Shown: positions 9,411-19,352 of the stretch, piece by piece
Layout of the letters: every line of letters begins with the position of its first letter
Position numbering within the stretch: the stretch's first letter is position 1
Assembly (NCBI GenBank): GCA_027623195.1
Contig: JAQBUT010000013.1
Span: forward strand, 13,300-77,299
DNA length: 64,000 nucleotides
Source of the DNA: Chloroflexota bacterium
GTDB taxonomy: Bacteria > Chloroflexota > Dehalococcoidia > Lucifugimonadales > JADFKI01
Direction: 5' to 3'
The notes under the pieces: generated by a model
The model's database searches: none
What the model saw: only the letters and a program-made list of their open reading frames with translations
What the model was told of the DNA's origin: nothing
Position numbers and translations under genes: made by a program

Positions 9411-10451
9411 ATGCGAGAGGTTGACCTGCGTAGCGACACCGTAACCAAACCGACGCCCGAGATGCGGAAAGCGATGGCCGAGGCTGAGGTGGGCGACGAC
9501 GTCTTCAGCGACGACCCCACGCTGAACAGGCTGGAGGCGATGGCTGCGGAGCGTTTGGGCAAAGAGGCGGCCGTATTCGTCGCCAGCGGCACCATGGGCA
9601 ACCTTGTTTCGGTGTTGACTCACTCCCAGCGCGGCGATGAGATCATCGTGGGGGACAAGTGCCACATATTCAGAAGCGAGGCTGGCGGCGCGTCCGCTCT
9701 AGGCGGCGTGGCCTATAACATTCTGCCCAACGACGAGCGAGGCATGCTGGACCCTGATCAGGTGGAGGCAGCTATCAAGCCGCCTAACGTGCACTTCACC
9801 CGCACAGCCATGATCGGTCTTGAGAATACCCACAACGCCTGTGGAGGCTCCGCCCTGACGCCGGAAGACACCAAGGCCATAGCAGATGTGGCACATCGGC
9901 ACGAGATTCCGCTGCACGTGGACGGCGCTCGTATATTCAACGCGTCGGTGGCGCTGGAGACGCCAGTGGCCGAGCTGGTCAAGGACGCCGACACGGTCAC
10001 CTTCTGCCTTTCCAAAGGCCTGAGCTGCCCGATAGGCTCTATCATCGTAGGCAGTTCGCAATTCATCGACGGAGCGCGCAAGTGGCGCAAGATGGTCGGC
10101 GGCGGAATGCGACAGGTGGGCATCGTTGCGGCTGCGGGCATCGTCGCGCTGGACACCATGGTGGATCGCCTCGCCGAGGACCACGCCAACGCACGCAAAC
10201 TGGCTCAAGGGCTGGCCCAGATTCCTGGCATTTCCATAGAGCCGGACAAGATGTACTCGAACCTGGTCTTTTTCGATATCAAAGACGGCGACCCGGCGGT
10301 GATAATGCAGGAGATCAACAAGCGCGGGGTTAAGGGCGGCATGCCCACTCGGTCCTGGCGTTTCGTGACCCACTACGGCATCACGCCGGACGATATCGAC
10401 TACACGTTGGAAGTCATGGAGACCGTCATGCGTGATTTTTCCAGAAACTGA
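9411..10451 (+). CDS. ltaE: Low-specificity L-threonine aldolase
   Basis: ATG 9411 follows GGAGGA (9401-9406). DLRSDTVTKPT..M..AM..AEVGDDVF.DDPT is the typical threonine aldolase N-terminus. Confidence 0.9.
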   Translation: MREVDLRSDTVTKPTPEMRKAMAEAEVGDDVFSDDPTLNRLEAMAAERLGKEAAVFVASGTMGNLVSVLTHSQRGDEIIVGDKCHIFRSEAGGASALGGVAYNILPNDERGMLDPDQVEAAIKPPNVHFTRTAMIGLENTHNACGGSALTPEDTKAIADVAHRHEIPLHVDGARIFNASVALETPVAELVKDADTVTFCLSKGLSCPIGSIIVGSSQFIDGARKWRKMVGGGMRQVGIVAAAGIVALDTMVDRLAEDHANARKLAQGLAQIPGISIEPDKMYSNLVFFDIKDGDPAVIMQEINKRGVKGGMPTRSWRFVTHYGITPDDIDYTLEVMETVMRDFSRN

Positions 10452-10477
10452 ATCAAACCCAGGGACCACCATTAGGG

Positions 10478-10520
10478 AGAGGCAGGTCAACCTAAACTGA
10501 CCTGCCTCTTTCCTATTTCG
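10478..10520 (+). terminator. Rho-independent terminator after ltaE
   Basis: A perfect 12-bp stem, AGAGGCAGGTCA (10478-10489) with TGACCTGCCTCT (10498-10509), has an 8-nt loop and is followed by a T-rich tract. Confidence 0.7.
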
Positions 10521-10634
10521 CCCAATACAATTTCAGGCAAGGTTCGTGGTGAGTGCTGATTTCATCTAGTATCCTCGACGGAGTGGTGACTTGTAGCACC
10601 GAATGTCATACGAAGCACATTCCTTAAAGGTTCC

Positions 10635-11855
10635 ATGCTCTTAGTCTTTCGAAATGCCCGGTTCCGCCTGCTGTGGATAAGCGTAATCATCAACTACGTT
10701 GGCCTGATGACGTACTTCACGGTGCACGGTTGGCTTGCCCTTACCGTAAGCGATTCGGCATTCTGGGTAGGCGCAACTGCTGGAGTTAGCGGGCTGGGAC
10801 TCATGGGATGCAGCGTCGTATCCGGCGTGCTGGTGGACAGGCTTAACCGCAAGAAGCTGATCATTGCCGCGCAGCTAGCTCAGGCCACGATGGCTCTGAC
10901 CCTGGCGGTTCTGATCTTTACCGATCAGGTGGTGCTTTGGCACGTGATGCTGGTGGCGTTTCTCGACGGCACCTTCATGGCCATAAAAATCCCGTCGCGG
11001 TTTGCGCTGGTTCTGGATGTGGCAGGCCGCGAGAACTTGCTGAAGGGCACTGCCGCCAACTTCGCCGCCATGACGATGATGGGCATAGCAATTCCGCCTT
11101 TGGCCGGGTATATCGTTGGCGCGCACGACATAGCATGGGCCTACGTTATGATGAGCAGCGCCTTTGTCGTTTCCGCCATCGTCCTGGCGTTCCTTAGCGG
11201 CGTCACGCCCATAGTGCGCGCACGCATATCCTCTCCTCTGCAAGACTTGAAGCAGGGCTTTCGCTACGCCATCACAACGCCCCAGGTGAGGGCTTTGCTA
11301 CTGCTTACGCTTACGTCTGAAGCCTTCGGGTGGGCCCACGAGACGATGCTGCCTGTCATGGCGGGCAAGGTGCTGGAGGCTGGACCTCAAGGGCTGGGAT
11401 ACCTGCTGTCAGCAGGCAGCGCGGGCGCGCTGGTCTCCACGCTGACAATGTCCAGCATGGGCGATATCAAGAATAAGGGCAGGGTGCTGATAGTGGGCTA
11501 CATGGGATTCGGTTTTTTCTTGATCATGTTCTCCCAGTCGCCCTGGCTACCGCTGTCCATGTTACTAATCGGTTTGGCCTACGCCAGCGTGGCGGTGTAC
11601 GAGACGACAGTTAGCACCTTGTTGCAGACCTCAGTCCCCGACGAGATGCGCGGGCGGGTGCTTAGCTTGCAGTCGCTTACCTGGGGCTTTACAGGCGCGT
11701 CAGGATTTCACACCGGAGCCATAGCAGCACTGGTGGGAGCGCCGCTGGCCATCTCCATAGGCGGTGGCATGCTCATCCTGAACGGCCTGCGTATGGTCCG
11801 CGGGATTGCCAGCCGATTCCAAGAGGCGCAGGTGGAGCCAGCGACCGGCGACTGA
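10635..11855 (+). CDS. MFS transporter
   Basis: 406 aa with about 12 hydrophobic segments. The loop motif GVLVDRLNRKK is typical of MFS TM2-TM3. Confidence 0.85.
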   Translation: MLLVFRNARFRLLWISVIINYVGLMTYFTVHGWLALTVSDSAFWVGATAGVSGLGLMGCSVVSGVLVDRLNRKKLIIAAQLAQATMALTLAVLIFTDQVVLWHVMLVAFLDGTFMAIKIPSRFALVLDVAGRENLLKGTAANFAAMTMMGIAIPPLAGYIVGAHDIAWAYVMMSSAFVVSAIVLAFLSGVTPIVRARISSPLQDLKQGFRYAITTPQVRALLLLTLTSEAFGWAHETMLPVMAGKVLEAGPQGLGYLLSAGSAGALVSTLTMSSMGDIKNKGRVLIVGYMGFGFFLIMFSQSPWLPLSMLLIGLAYASVAVYETTVSTLLQTSVPDEMRGRVLSLQSLTWGFTGASGFHTGAIAALVGAPLAISIGGGMLILNGLRMVRGIASRFQEAQVEPATGD

Positions 11856-11871
11856 GGCCGCAGCACTACGA

Positions 11872-12087
11872 TTATACGGACGTACAGAAAACTACTGAGG
11901 TACTCGGTCCGCGTTGTTGACGATTACTTCTGATGGGGCTTCTCCGAGGCCCTGCCTCCGCATTCAAGGTCAGTGGCTCATCATCTCGCTCATGGCCCTG
12001 GTTATAGGGGATGCTTTTCGTCGCTATGGCGACTAGCATTCCACCTAGTATTGCGCCGCCAAGTACTGATGCAAGATACCTTTTCAT
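11872..12087 (-). CDS. Possible small membrane protein (weak)
   Basis: This uses an internal ATG of the 101-aa track ORF (MKRYLASVLGGAILGGMLVAIA...). It lies 13 nt after the SHOCT gene stop, has only a weak RBS, and the C-terminal half looks random. Confidence 0.25.
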   Translation of the reverse strand: MKRYLASVLGGAILGGMLVAIATKSIPYNQGHERDDEPLTLNAEAGPRRSPIRSNRQQRGPSTSVVFCTSV

Positions 12088-12100
12088 TTCGGGCCTGCCT

Positions 12101-12352
12101 TTATGCGTGCCTGATTCCTCCCCGGAGAGAGTCCTGCAACTCCTCAAACTGCTCGGTGGTAATCTCGCCACGAGCAAGTCTTAACCGGAGAATATCCATT
12201 GGGGTCTCTCCGGAATCTGGGGGCGTATTCTTGGAGCTAACGAGTTTGGAGACTCCCCATATACCCAGTCCTATTACCGCGACCCAGAACAGCATCATGC
12301 CCATGCCAAAAAACGGCATCCACCACTGAAATCCTTGCTGAAAACCCCACAT
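12101..12352 (-). CDS. SHOCT-domain small membrane protein
   Basis: 83 aa. An N-terminal TM helix is followed by a C-terminal SHOCT-like segment, DILRLRLARGEITTEQFEELQDSL. Confidence 0.75.
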   Translation of the reverse strand: MWGFQQGFQWWMPFFGMGMMLFWVAVIGLGIWGVSKLVSSKNTPPDSGETPMDILRLRLARGEITTEQFEELQDSLRGGIRHA

Positions 12353-12677
12353 TACCTGCTCCTTCGTGCCCTCGGAGTCATATCTGTATCGGAAGTTCGG
12401 CCTGTTTTAGACTCCGCCAGATGGCGCATTAGCCTAACATCAATTCTCGTCGGTTTGGTATGAAGGAATCATGAGGAAACCGACAAATGCATGAAGATGT
12501 CGTGAAATTCAGGGAATCAGAGGCAAGTTCCTTGAAATGCGCCGCCACTACATAGAGCGCTGCACCGAACGCTTCGCCCCGCCCATGACCGAAGAGGAGG
12601 AGCGAAAGCTTGCGGCGTAGGGCTGCACGGGGGCGAAGTGGTCAGTGGTTACACATGATGGCCGATCGAGGTTGTGT

Positions 12678-13439
12678 TTACTCGCTGCAATCATTGGGCA
12701 ATAGATAATGTGGCAGAATCGGACTGTTAGCTGTCAGCATGATCGTAGAAAGCCACATCAAATGATCAAAGGCAACTGAGTTCGATCGGTATGATTGCCA
12801 ACCTGGAAGTGCTTCCCCTTGCTCATCGACGAGATGAAGTGTACCGCTACCATCGCCGTAGTCAATAACAGAGCCCCTGTCCATAACAAAAATTCCATCG
12901 AGAATTTCGTTTGAAGAAACGGAATTGTCCGACATGTAGCCTTCAACGGACCCTTTTATCGCGTCGAGGCTAACCTGAGATTCAAAGGCAAATATGAACC
13001 AAGGCGGATGACCTAAGAATCTTGAGCTATCATCGCCATTTGACATCAGTATTCCTGTAAAAGGAGCGGCCTGTAACTGTTTGAATCGGCGGGATTTATC
13101 GATGGATTCGGTCAATTCGGTACTTGTCAAATTTGTCTTAATCTCTCCTGCTGCTGATATGCCTTCTATGAAGAATAGACCGGGCTGGTCAGGTGTGAAC
13201 GTAAATGGATGGTCTTCGGTTACGACCACAACGTCGGTTTGTGCCGAAGTATTGCCGTGGCTGTCGATTATCTCCCCATGGCCAATCTCTAGCCTCCGAG
13301 GGAGGTAATCGCGTAAAAATCTGCGAAATGTTTTCTCGACAGATTCTCCTTTGTTTCCGGCATGGTTGAAGGTAGCTCGCACCTCTTCGAGCCGGGCCTT
13401 CATCTGTTTCTCTACCGCATCTATCTTGTCTTTCATCAT
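12678..13439 (-). CDS. Hypothetical protein, PD-(D/E)xK nuclease-like (resembles DUF6602 from memory)
   Basis: 253 aa with a GAGGG RBS 8 nt upstream. An N-terminal coiled segment is followed by G.S.E..FR.FL.DYLP..L.IG.GEIIDS.G..S.QTDVVVV...FFIEG...GEIKT (a D...E.K arrangement). GC is clearly lower than in the flanks. Confidence 0.55.
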   Translation of the reverse strand: MMKDKIDAVEKQMKARLEEVRATFNHAGNKGESVEKTFRRFLRDYLPRRLEIGHGEIIDSHGNTSAQTDVVVVTEDHPFTFTPDQPGLFFIEGISAAGEIKTNLTSTELTESIDKSRRFKQLQAAPFTGILMSNGDDSSRFLGHPPWFIFAFESQVSLDAIKGSVEGYMSDNSVSSNEILDGIFVMDRGSVIDYGDGSGTLHLVDEQGEALPGWQSYRSNSVAFDHLMWLSTIMLTANSPILPHYLLPNDCSE

Positions 13440-13460
13440 GGGAATACCCTCAATTCATCG

Positions 13461-14795
13461 TTAGTGGTCTCTATTCCCATCCCCCCACCAGCGCTTCAAT
13501 CTTTCCGCCACCTCGGGTTCGTAGCCCTGGTCGCCGGGGTTGTAGTAGCGGCGGCCCTTGATGCTCTCGGGCAGGTTCTGCATGGGTGCGAAGTTGTCCT
13601 CGTAGTCGTGGGAGTACTTGTAGCCGTCGCCGTAGCCCATGTCCTTCATCAGGCCCGTGGGGGCGTTGCGCAGGTGCATGGGAACCGGGTCGTTGCGCGT
13701 CTGCTGCACGTCCTCCATAGCCTTGTTTAGCGCCATGTACGAGGCGTTGCTCTTGGGAGCGGTGGCCAGGTAAACCGTTGCCTCCGCCAGGGGAATGCGG
13801 CCCTCCGGCAGGCCAATCAGGTGGTACGCCTGCTGCGCGGCCATTGCCACCGACAGCGCCCGAGGGTCCGCCATGCCAACGTCCTCCGCCGCCAGGATGA
13901 CCAGACGCCGTGCGATGAACATGGGGTCCTCGCCGGCCTCCAGCATGCGTGCCAGGTAGTAGACGGCCGCGTCCGGGTCCGAGCCGCGCACCGACTTTAT
14001 GAAGGCAGATATGGTGTCGTAGTGCTGGTCGCCGCCCTTGTCGTAGCGCAGTGATCGTTGTTGCATGGCATCCTGTATCACCCCGACCGTGATCTTGCGG
14101 ACACCCTGGGCGTCGGGATTCGTGGCCGCCGTAGATAGCTCCAGGGCGTTGAGGGCCGTGCGTGCGTCGCCGTTGGCTAAATTTACGAGAAGGGCTGTGG
14201 CATCCTCGTCCAGCAGAGGTTTGAGGTGAGCCAGGCCCCGCTGAGGCGTTGCAACCGCTTGGGAGATAATCTGAGAAATCTCATCGTCGGTCAGCGATTG
14301 CAGGGCGAAGACCCTGGCACGGGACAGCAGGGGAGACACCACCTCGAAGGAGGGGTTCTCAGTCGTCGCGCCGATGAGCACAAAAGTGCCTTCCTCCACG
14401 AAGGGCAGTATCACGTCCTGCTGTGCCTTGTTGAAGCGATGAATCTCGTCAACGAACAGCACGGTGCGCTGGCCGTGCATGCCCAGGCGCTCCCGGGCCT
14501 CGCCTGCGATGCGTCGTAAGTCGGCCACACCTGACGCCACGCCGCTGACCCTCTCGAACTGGCTCTTCGTTGCCGTGGCGATGAGGTTGGCCAGCGTAGT
14601 CTTCCCCGTGCCCGGAGGCCCCCAGAGGATTATGGAGGGGAGTTGGTCGGACTCGATGCTGCGTCGCAAGACGGTTTCGGGGCCAATGATGTGCTGCTGC
14701 CCCACGTACTCGTCGAAGGTGCTAGGTCGCATCCTGGCAGCCAGAGGGGCCCTGCTCTGCAACTCGCGTTGGCTTTGGTGTTCGAAAAGCGTCAT
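13461..14795 (-). CDS. rarA: Replication-associated recombination protein A (AAA+ ATPase)
   Basis: The start is set at MTLFEHQ (ATG 14795). It has LAARMRP.TFDEYVGQ, Walker A GPPGTGKTT, Walker B LFVDEIHRFNK and the MgsA C-terminal domain. The track ORF extending to 15803 is spurious read-through. Confidence 0.92.
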   Translation of the reverse strand: MTLFEHQSQRELQSRAPLAARMRPSTFDEYVGQQHIIGPETVLRRSIESDQLPSIILWGPPGTGKTTLANLIATATKSQFERVSGVASGVADLRRIAGEARERLGMHGQRTVLFVDEIHRFNKAQQDVILPFVEEGTFVLIGATTENPSFEVVSPLLSRARVFALQSLTDDEISQIISQAVATPQRGLAHLKPLLDEDATALLVNLANGDARTALNALELSTAATNPDAQGVRKITVGVIQDAMQQRSLRYDKGGDQHYDTISAFIKSVRGSDPDAAVYYLARMLEAGEDPMFIARRLVILAAEDVGMADPRALSVAMAAQQAYHLIGLPEGRIPLAEATVYLATAPKSNASYMALNKAMEDVQQTRNDPVPMHLRNAPTGLMKDMGYGDGYKYSHDYEDNFAPMQNLPESIKGRRYYNPGDQGYEPEVAERLKRWWGDGNRDH

Positions 14796-14911
14796 TTCTG
14801 ATGTCCTTAATGATATGTCTAACTGACCTGAGTGTAGCGAAAGCGGCGGCATAGGGGTAGGGGCGGGTTTCGCGGTAGCCTGAACCGTCGCCGTCCCCAG
14901 GTTGCAAACGA

Positions 14912-15838
14912 TTACAGTGAGACTACGCTCCTGAAAATCATGACAGAACTCATCAGCGCGAACATGAGCAACAGCGCGATTTTTAGCGTGCGCTCGGGGC
15001 AGCGGGCCGAGATGTGTGGTGCGATCTGACCGCCTATTATCACGCCAGGAACCGCCAGTATGACCAGCGTCCACTCGAAGGCTACGGTGCTGCCAGAGAC
15101 GCTGGCCACCACCAGATGCGTCAGCGATCCGGCCAGTACTGTCGCCGAGACCACGATTACGGTTGTGGCTACGGCAACCCTGGCTGGCATGTCGTGCCGA
15201 ACAATTAGCGTCGTGGTGACTATCGCCCCGACGCCCACGCCTATGAGGCCCACCAGCGCTCCGCCAGCCCCGGTGTAGGCACGGTCCCGCCAATTGAATC
15301 GGGCGAGGTAGCTGTACTTGCGACCGTCCCGGGCCATGATTTCGGAATTCGCATTTTCGCGAGAAGCTAACGGGGAGGCGACCGTTGAGGCTACGCCGGG
15401 GCGATTGATGTTTCGTTCGGTCCCGCGACGAACAATGATCGATCTGAGAACTGTAAACGCCAGCAGAAGCAGCACCGAGCCGAAGACTATGAAAAGCAGC
15501 CATGAAGGGATCAGGAATGACACGGACCTGGCTAAGATGGCGCATGGAATCGTGATGATCAGCAGCCTCGCCGCCAGACGAAAATCCACCACGCGCTGGC
15601 GGACATATCCCATGCTGGCGCTGGCGGTGCCGAAGAACATGATGAGCAGGGAAACGCCGATGGCTTCGTTGGGCGTTAGCTGAGGGAAGGTGCCGCTTAA
15701 CGCAGGAAACAGCAGCAGGAAGGCTGGCGCGAACATGACTGCGCCTTCCATGGCCAGTGTGTTGGCGGTGATAGCGATGCCCAGGGATGCAGGCAGCACC
15801 CACCAGATGGCCAGTACGTTCGAGGTAAAATCGCCCAT
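14912..15838 (-). CDS. TauE/SafE (TSUP) family anion permease
   Basis: 308 aa, a polytopic membrane protein with two homologous halves and a central hydrophilic loop, typical of DUF81/TSUP. Confidence 0.8.
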   Translation of the reverse strand: MGDFTSNVLAIWWVLPASLGIAITANTLAMEGAVMFAPAFLLLFPALSGTFPQLTPNEAIGVSLLIMFFGTASASMGYVRQRVVDFRLAARLLIITIPCAILARSVSFLIPSWLLFIVFGSVLLLLAFTVLRSIIVRRGTERNINRPGVASTVASPLASRENANSEIMARDGRKYSYLARFNWRDRAYTGAGGALVGLIGVGVGAIVTTTLIVRHDMPARVAVATTVIVVSATVLAGSLTHLVVASVSGSTVAFEWTLVILAVPGVIIGGQIAPHISARCPERTLKIALLLMFALMSSVMIFRSVVSL

Positions 15839-15997
15839 TGGCGGCTACTGCACTTCATTGGTTACAGGATTCGATGGACCGACGTCTGCGGCATTATCGA
15901 CGGTTGAGACCTTCGGGGGCAAGTCTGGCCACGCCGGTGCTCGGCCTATCGGCTCAGATGCGCCTGTCGAAAAATGGATTCCTTTAGAGGTGGAAGG

Positions 15998-16297
15998 TTA
16001 TTTGAGGTCCGCGATGGTAACGCCGCCGTTGCCCTCACTGGGTGCCGCCGGATGGTGTCGAACGACCAGTGGGTGCTTGGTCAGGAAATCACGGACGGCC
16101 TCCCGCATAGTTCCCGTGCCTTTGCCGTGGATGACCCGAACCCAGGGGTAGCCCGCAATCACGGCGTCGTTCAGGTACCTGTCCAGCTTTTCCAGGGCCT
16201 GGCGAACGGGCATGCGGCGTAGATGAACCTCGGTCTCCACCGAGAGTTGGCTTAGTAAACGGGACTGTGGCTGGTCTTTCCTTGGCTTGGGATTCAT
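15998..16297 (-). CDS. Smr-domain protein
   Basis: 99 aa. VHLRRMPVRQALEKLDRYL......VRVIHGKGTGTMREAVRDFL matches the Smr domain pattern. The start ATG overlaps the selA stop (ATGA at 16294-16297). Confidence 0.8.
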   Translation of the reverse strand: MNPKPRKDQPQSRLLSQLSVETEVHLRRMPVRQALEKLDRYLNDAVIAGYPWVRVIHGKGTGTMREAVRDFLTKHPLVVRHHPAAPSEGNGGVTIADLK

Positions 16298-17697
16298 GAG
16301 CCAACCAGCGCATTGGAGACGACCGCAAGCAGGGCGTCTTCCTCCTCGGGCAGGACAGTTCGAGGGTCTAGCAGCACGCGCTCGTCCTCGATGCGGCCAA
16401 TTACCGGGGTGTCGCCCTCTCGCAAAGCCTTGGCCAGAGCCTCAGCGCCGCCAGTCCTGTTGCGACAGTCGATCGCCAACGCCCATGAGTCGATGGTCTC
16501 TCCCGGCAGGCTGCCCCCGCCTATGGTGGACATGGCCTTTTCTACGGATGCGGCACCGCCTATTCTGGCCTGCCAGCGCTCAGCTTTGGCAGCGGCCTCG
16601 CTCTCTGACATGGAGATCATTCGCCAGATGGGCACCTTATCCACTGCCTCGCCCTTGATGTAGTGGAGGACTGTCGCCGCCAGGGCCGCCATGCTCATCT
16701 TGTCGATGCGCACCGCTCGGGCCAGCGGGTGCCGCGCCACGATGTCTATAAGCTCGCGCTTCCCCGCGATGATGCCCGCCTGAGGGCCACCAAGCAGCTT
16801 GTCGCCTGAGAAGAAGCCCAGCCCGACGCCCGCCTGAACGCTCTCCTGGGGCATAGGCTCGTGGGCAATGCCGTATGCCGCCGTGTCCAGCAGGCAACCG
16901 CTGCCAAGGTCGTGCAGCACAGTGACACCACGTTGTGCGCCTAGCTCTACTAACTCGGCTAACTCAGGCGCGTGGGTGAAGCCCATGACACGAAAATTGC
17001 TTGCGTGAACGGCCAGTATCGCGCCGGTGTTCTCCGTGATTGCAGCCTCGAAGTCGCGGGCGTAGGTGCGGTTGGTGGTGCCAACCTCGACTAGCGTAGC
17101 GCCGCTCTGACGCAGCACGTCCGGAACGCGAAAGCCGCCGCCGATCTCCACAGCCTCGCCCCGCGAGACTATGACCTCCTTGCCAACGGCCAGCGCCGCC
17201 AGCCCCAGCATGAGAGCGGAGGCGTTGTTGTTTACCACTAGGGCTGCCTCGGCGCCCGTGACCTCTGCCATCAGGTTGGATATGTGCGCCTGCCGGGAGC
17301 CGCGCCTGCCGGTATTCAGGTCCAATTCCAGGTCGCTATAGCCCAGGGCTGCGCGTCGGGCGGCGTCGGTGGCCTCCTGGCTCAATGGAGCGCGTCCCAG
17401 GTTTGTGTGCAGTATGACGCCAGTGGCGTTAATGACGTGGGTGGGCCACTCTCGCCAGTTGGTCTCGGCGCTCTCCTCGATGGCCTGCACCAGCCTGTCG
17501 AAGTCTGGCGCAGCGTACCCATCAAGGATAGTCTGGCGGGCTGCGTCGATTTCCGAGCGCACAAGGTCTACCACGACCTTTCGGGAGTATTTTTGGACCA
17601 GCATTTCCACGCGGTCGTCGGAGAGGACTTTTTCGACGCTGGGAAGAGACTTAAATTTTGAGGTCATCTTTTGAGGTCTCGAGCTTTCTGAATTCAT
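16294..17697 (-). CDS. selA: L-seryl-tRNA(Sec) selenium transferase
   Basis: The start is set at ATG 17697, behind GGGAGAG. It has SLPSVEKVL, NATGVILHTNLGRA and a PLP-fold segment, SGDKLLGGPQAGII. The resulting 467 aa is typical for SelA. Confidence 0.9.
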   Translation of the reverse strand: MNSESSRPQKMTSKFKSLPSVEKVLSDDRVEMLVQKYSRKVVVDLVRSEIDAARQTILDGYAAPDFDRLVQAIEESAETNWREWPTHVINATGVILHTNLGRAPLSQEATDAARRAALGYSDLELDLNTGRRGSRQAHISNLMAEVTGAEAALVVNNNASALMLGLAALAVGKEVIVSRGEAVEIGGGFRVPDVLRQSGATLVEVGTTNRTYARDFEAAITENTGAILAVHASNFRVMGFTHAPELAELVELGAQRGVTVLHDLGSGCLLDTAAYGIAHEPMPQESVQAGVGLGFFSGDKLLGGPQAGIIAGKRELIDIVARHPLARAVRIDKMSMAALAATVLHYIKGEAVDKVPIWRMISMSESEAAAKAERWQARIGGAASVEKAMSTIGGGSLPGETIDSWALAIDCRNRTGGAEALAKALREGDTPVIGRIEDERVLLDPRTVLPEEEDALLAVVSNALVGS

Positions 17698-17844
17698 ATT
17701 GCTGCTCTCCCTATTATAACCCTGTCTCCTCAATTCACCTTCGCCACTATTTACGTAAGTGACCAACAGCGTAAACATCAGTTGTGTTGACCCTATTTCG
17801 GCTGCTTGATAGAATGGGTTGAATTTGCCCAATGACAGGAATTT

Positions 17845-18465
17845 ATGTTCGTAATCGGATTAACAGGAGGCATTGGGACAGGCAAAACTCAGGTATCTGA
17901 AATGCTGGAGAAGCTGGGTGCGGCCATAGTCAATGCCGACCTTTTGGGTCATCAGGTGTACTTGCCGCAATCAGAGGGCTGGCGTGAGGTGGTAGACACC
18001 TTCGGCCAGGAGATCTTGACCCCCGAGGGTGAGATAGATCGAAGGAAACTGGGGCCCATTGTTTTTGGCGACCCAGAGGCCCTCAACAAGCTTAACGCCA
18101 TTACGCATCCTAAAATCCACGGACTGGCTGAGGATAGCCTTAGGAGGCTGGCCGAACAGGGCAGGGAGGTGGCGGTTCTGGAAGCAGCCCTGCTAATCGA
18201 GGCTAAGTGGACAGGCCTGGTGGATGAGGTCTGGGTGACCACCGCCCCAGTGCAGGATGTGGTCAGGAGAATACAAGAGCGAAACGGCTTGGATGAAGAG
18301 GCTATACGCTCTAGAATTTCTTCTCAGATGCCCCAGGAAGAACGAGTAACCCACGCCGACGTAATCGTAGAGAACGCTGGCGATCTTATCGAGCTAGGGA
18401 ACAAAATTCAAGAACTGTGGGACCGCAGAGTTGCGACTCATAAGGAGAGTAGACGTAAGAGATGA
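17845..18465 (+). CDS. coaE: Dephospho-CoA kinase
   Basis: 206 aa with the P-loop [12 protein letters not shown] and typical CoaE length and layout. Confidence 0.9.
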   Translation: MFVIGLTGGIGTGKTQVSEMLEKLGAAIVNADLLGHQVYLPQSEGWREVVDTFGQEILTPEGEIDRRKLGPIVFGDPEALNKLNAITHPKIHGLAEDSLRRLAEQGREVAVLEAALLIEAKWTGLVDEVWVTTAPVQDVVRRIQERNGLDEEAIRSRISSQMPQEERVTHADVIVENAGDLIELGNKIQELWDRRVATHKESRRKR

Positions 18466-19352
18466 CTCAGAGTACGACAACACTTTTTCGCAGCTACCTC
18501 ATCGAAGAGTATCACCTAACGGAAGAGCCATACTACAAGCCCGTCGGCGACGAGATAGAGCTTTTCGAGGCTGCATATAAACAGAAGATTCCCCTGATAT
18601 TTAAGGGCCCCACGGGCTGCGGTAAGACGCGATTCGTAGAATATATGTCCTACAGGTTGGGCCAGACTTTAACCAAGGTTAAGCAGACTGGAGACGATGG
18701 GGCGCCTCGCGCCGGTAACATACCGCTGGTCACCATTGCCTGCCACGAAGACCTGACTTCCAGCGACCTCGTGGGCCGTTACCTGTTGGAGGGCGACTCC
18801 ACAGTATGGATCGACGGGCCACTAACGCGTGCGGTCAAGGTTGGCGGCATCTGCTACCTGGATGAAATTGTAGAGGCCAGGAAGGACACCACCGTCCTGA
18901 TCCACCCTCTAACGGACCACAGGCGCATTCTTCCCGTGGAGAAGAAAGGGGAGTTGCTGGAGGCCGCTGAAGGCTTCCTGCTGATTCTGTCTTATAACCC
19001 TGGTTACCAGAGCGCACTGAAGGACCTGAAGCACAGCACGCGCCAGCGTTTCGTTTCCATTGAGTTCGACTACCCGCCCCGAGATATCGAGGCGGAGATC
19101 GTCGAGCACGAGTCTGGCGTGGACAAAGACATGGCTATGCAACTAGCCAAGCTGGGCGAGAAGGTGCGTAACCTTAGAGAGCATGGTCTCGGCGAGGGCG
19201 CCAGCACGCGCCTGCTTATCTACGCGGGCAAGCTCATCTCACAGGGCATTGCCCCACGGCGGGCCTGCCAGGTGGCCGTGAACTGGGCAGTGACCGACGA
19301 TCCTTCCGTACAGAAGAGCATCGAAGAGTTGATCGGCAGTATTTTCGAATAA
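18462..19352 (+). CDS. CbbQ/NorQ/NirQ-type MoxR AAA+ ATPase
   Basis: 296 aa. [83 protein letters not shown] and ASTRLLIYA match the CbbQ/NorQ consensus closely. The start overlaps the coaE stop (ATGA). Confidence 0.9.
   Translation: MTQSTTTLFRSYLIEEYHLTEEPYYKPVGDEIELFEAAYKQKIPLIFKGPTGCGKTRFVEYMSYRLGQTLTKVKQTGDDGAPRAGNIPLVTIACHEDLTSSDLVGRYLLEGDSTVWIDGPLTRAVKVGGICYLDEIVEARKDTTVLIHPLTDHRRILPVEKKGELLEAAEGFLLILSYNPGYQSALKDLKHSTRQRFVSIEFDYPPRDIEAEIVEHESGVDKDMAMQLAKLGEKVRNLREHGLGEGASTRLLIYAGKLISQGIAPRRACQVAVNWAVTDDPSVQKSIEELIGSIFE

Noticed and set aside
9699-10490. 263-aa minus-strand ORF
   Set aside because: It is antisense to ltaE, whose threonine aldolase identity is clear.
12492-12620. Short frame RCREIQGIRGKFLEMRRHYIERCTERFAPPMTEEEERKLAA in the non-coding stretch beside the low-GC nuclease gene
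   Set aside because: It has no RBS. Its only ATG would give a 27-aa product, and I recognised no family. It is possibly a gene remnant, but it is not supportable as a feature.
13461-15803. 780-aa track ORF that would make a giant RarA fusion
   Set aside because: Upstream of MTLFEHQ (ATG 14795) the translation is Arg/His/Ser/Gly-rich nonsense. It runs out of frame across the well-supported TauE/SafE gene on the same strand. RarA homology begins only at 14795, which gives a typical 444-aa protein.
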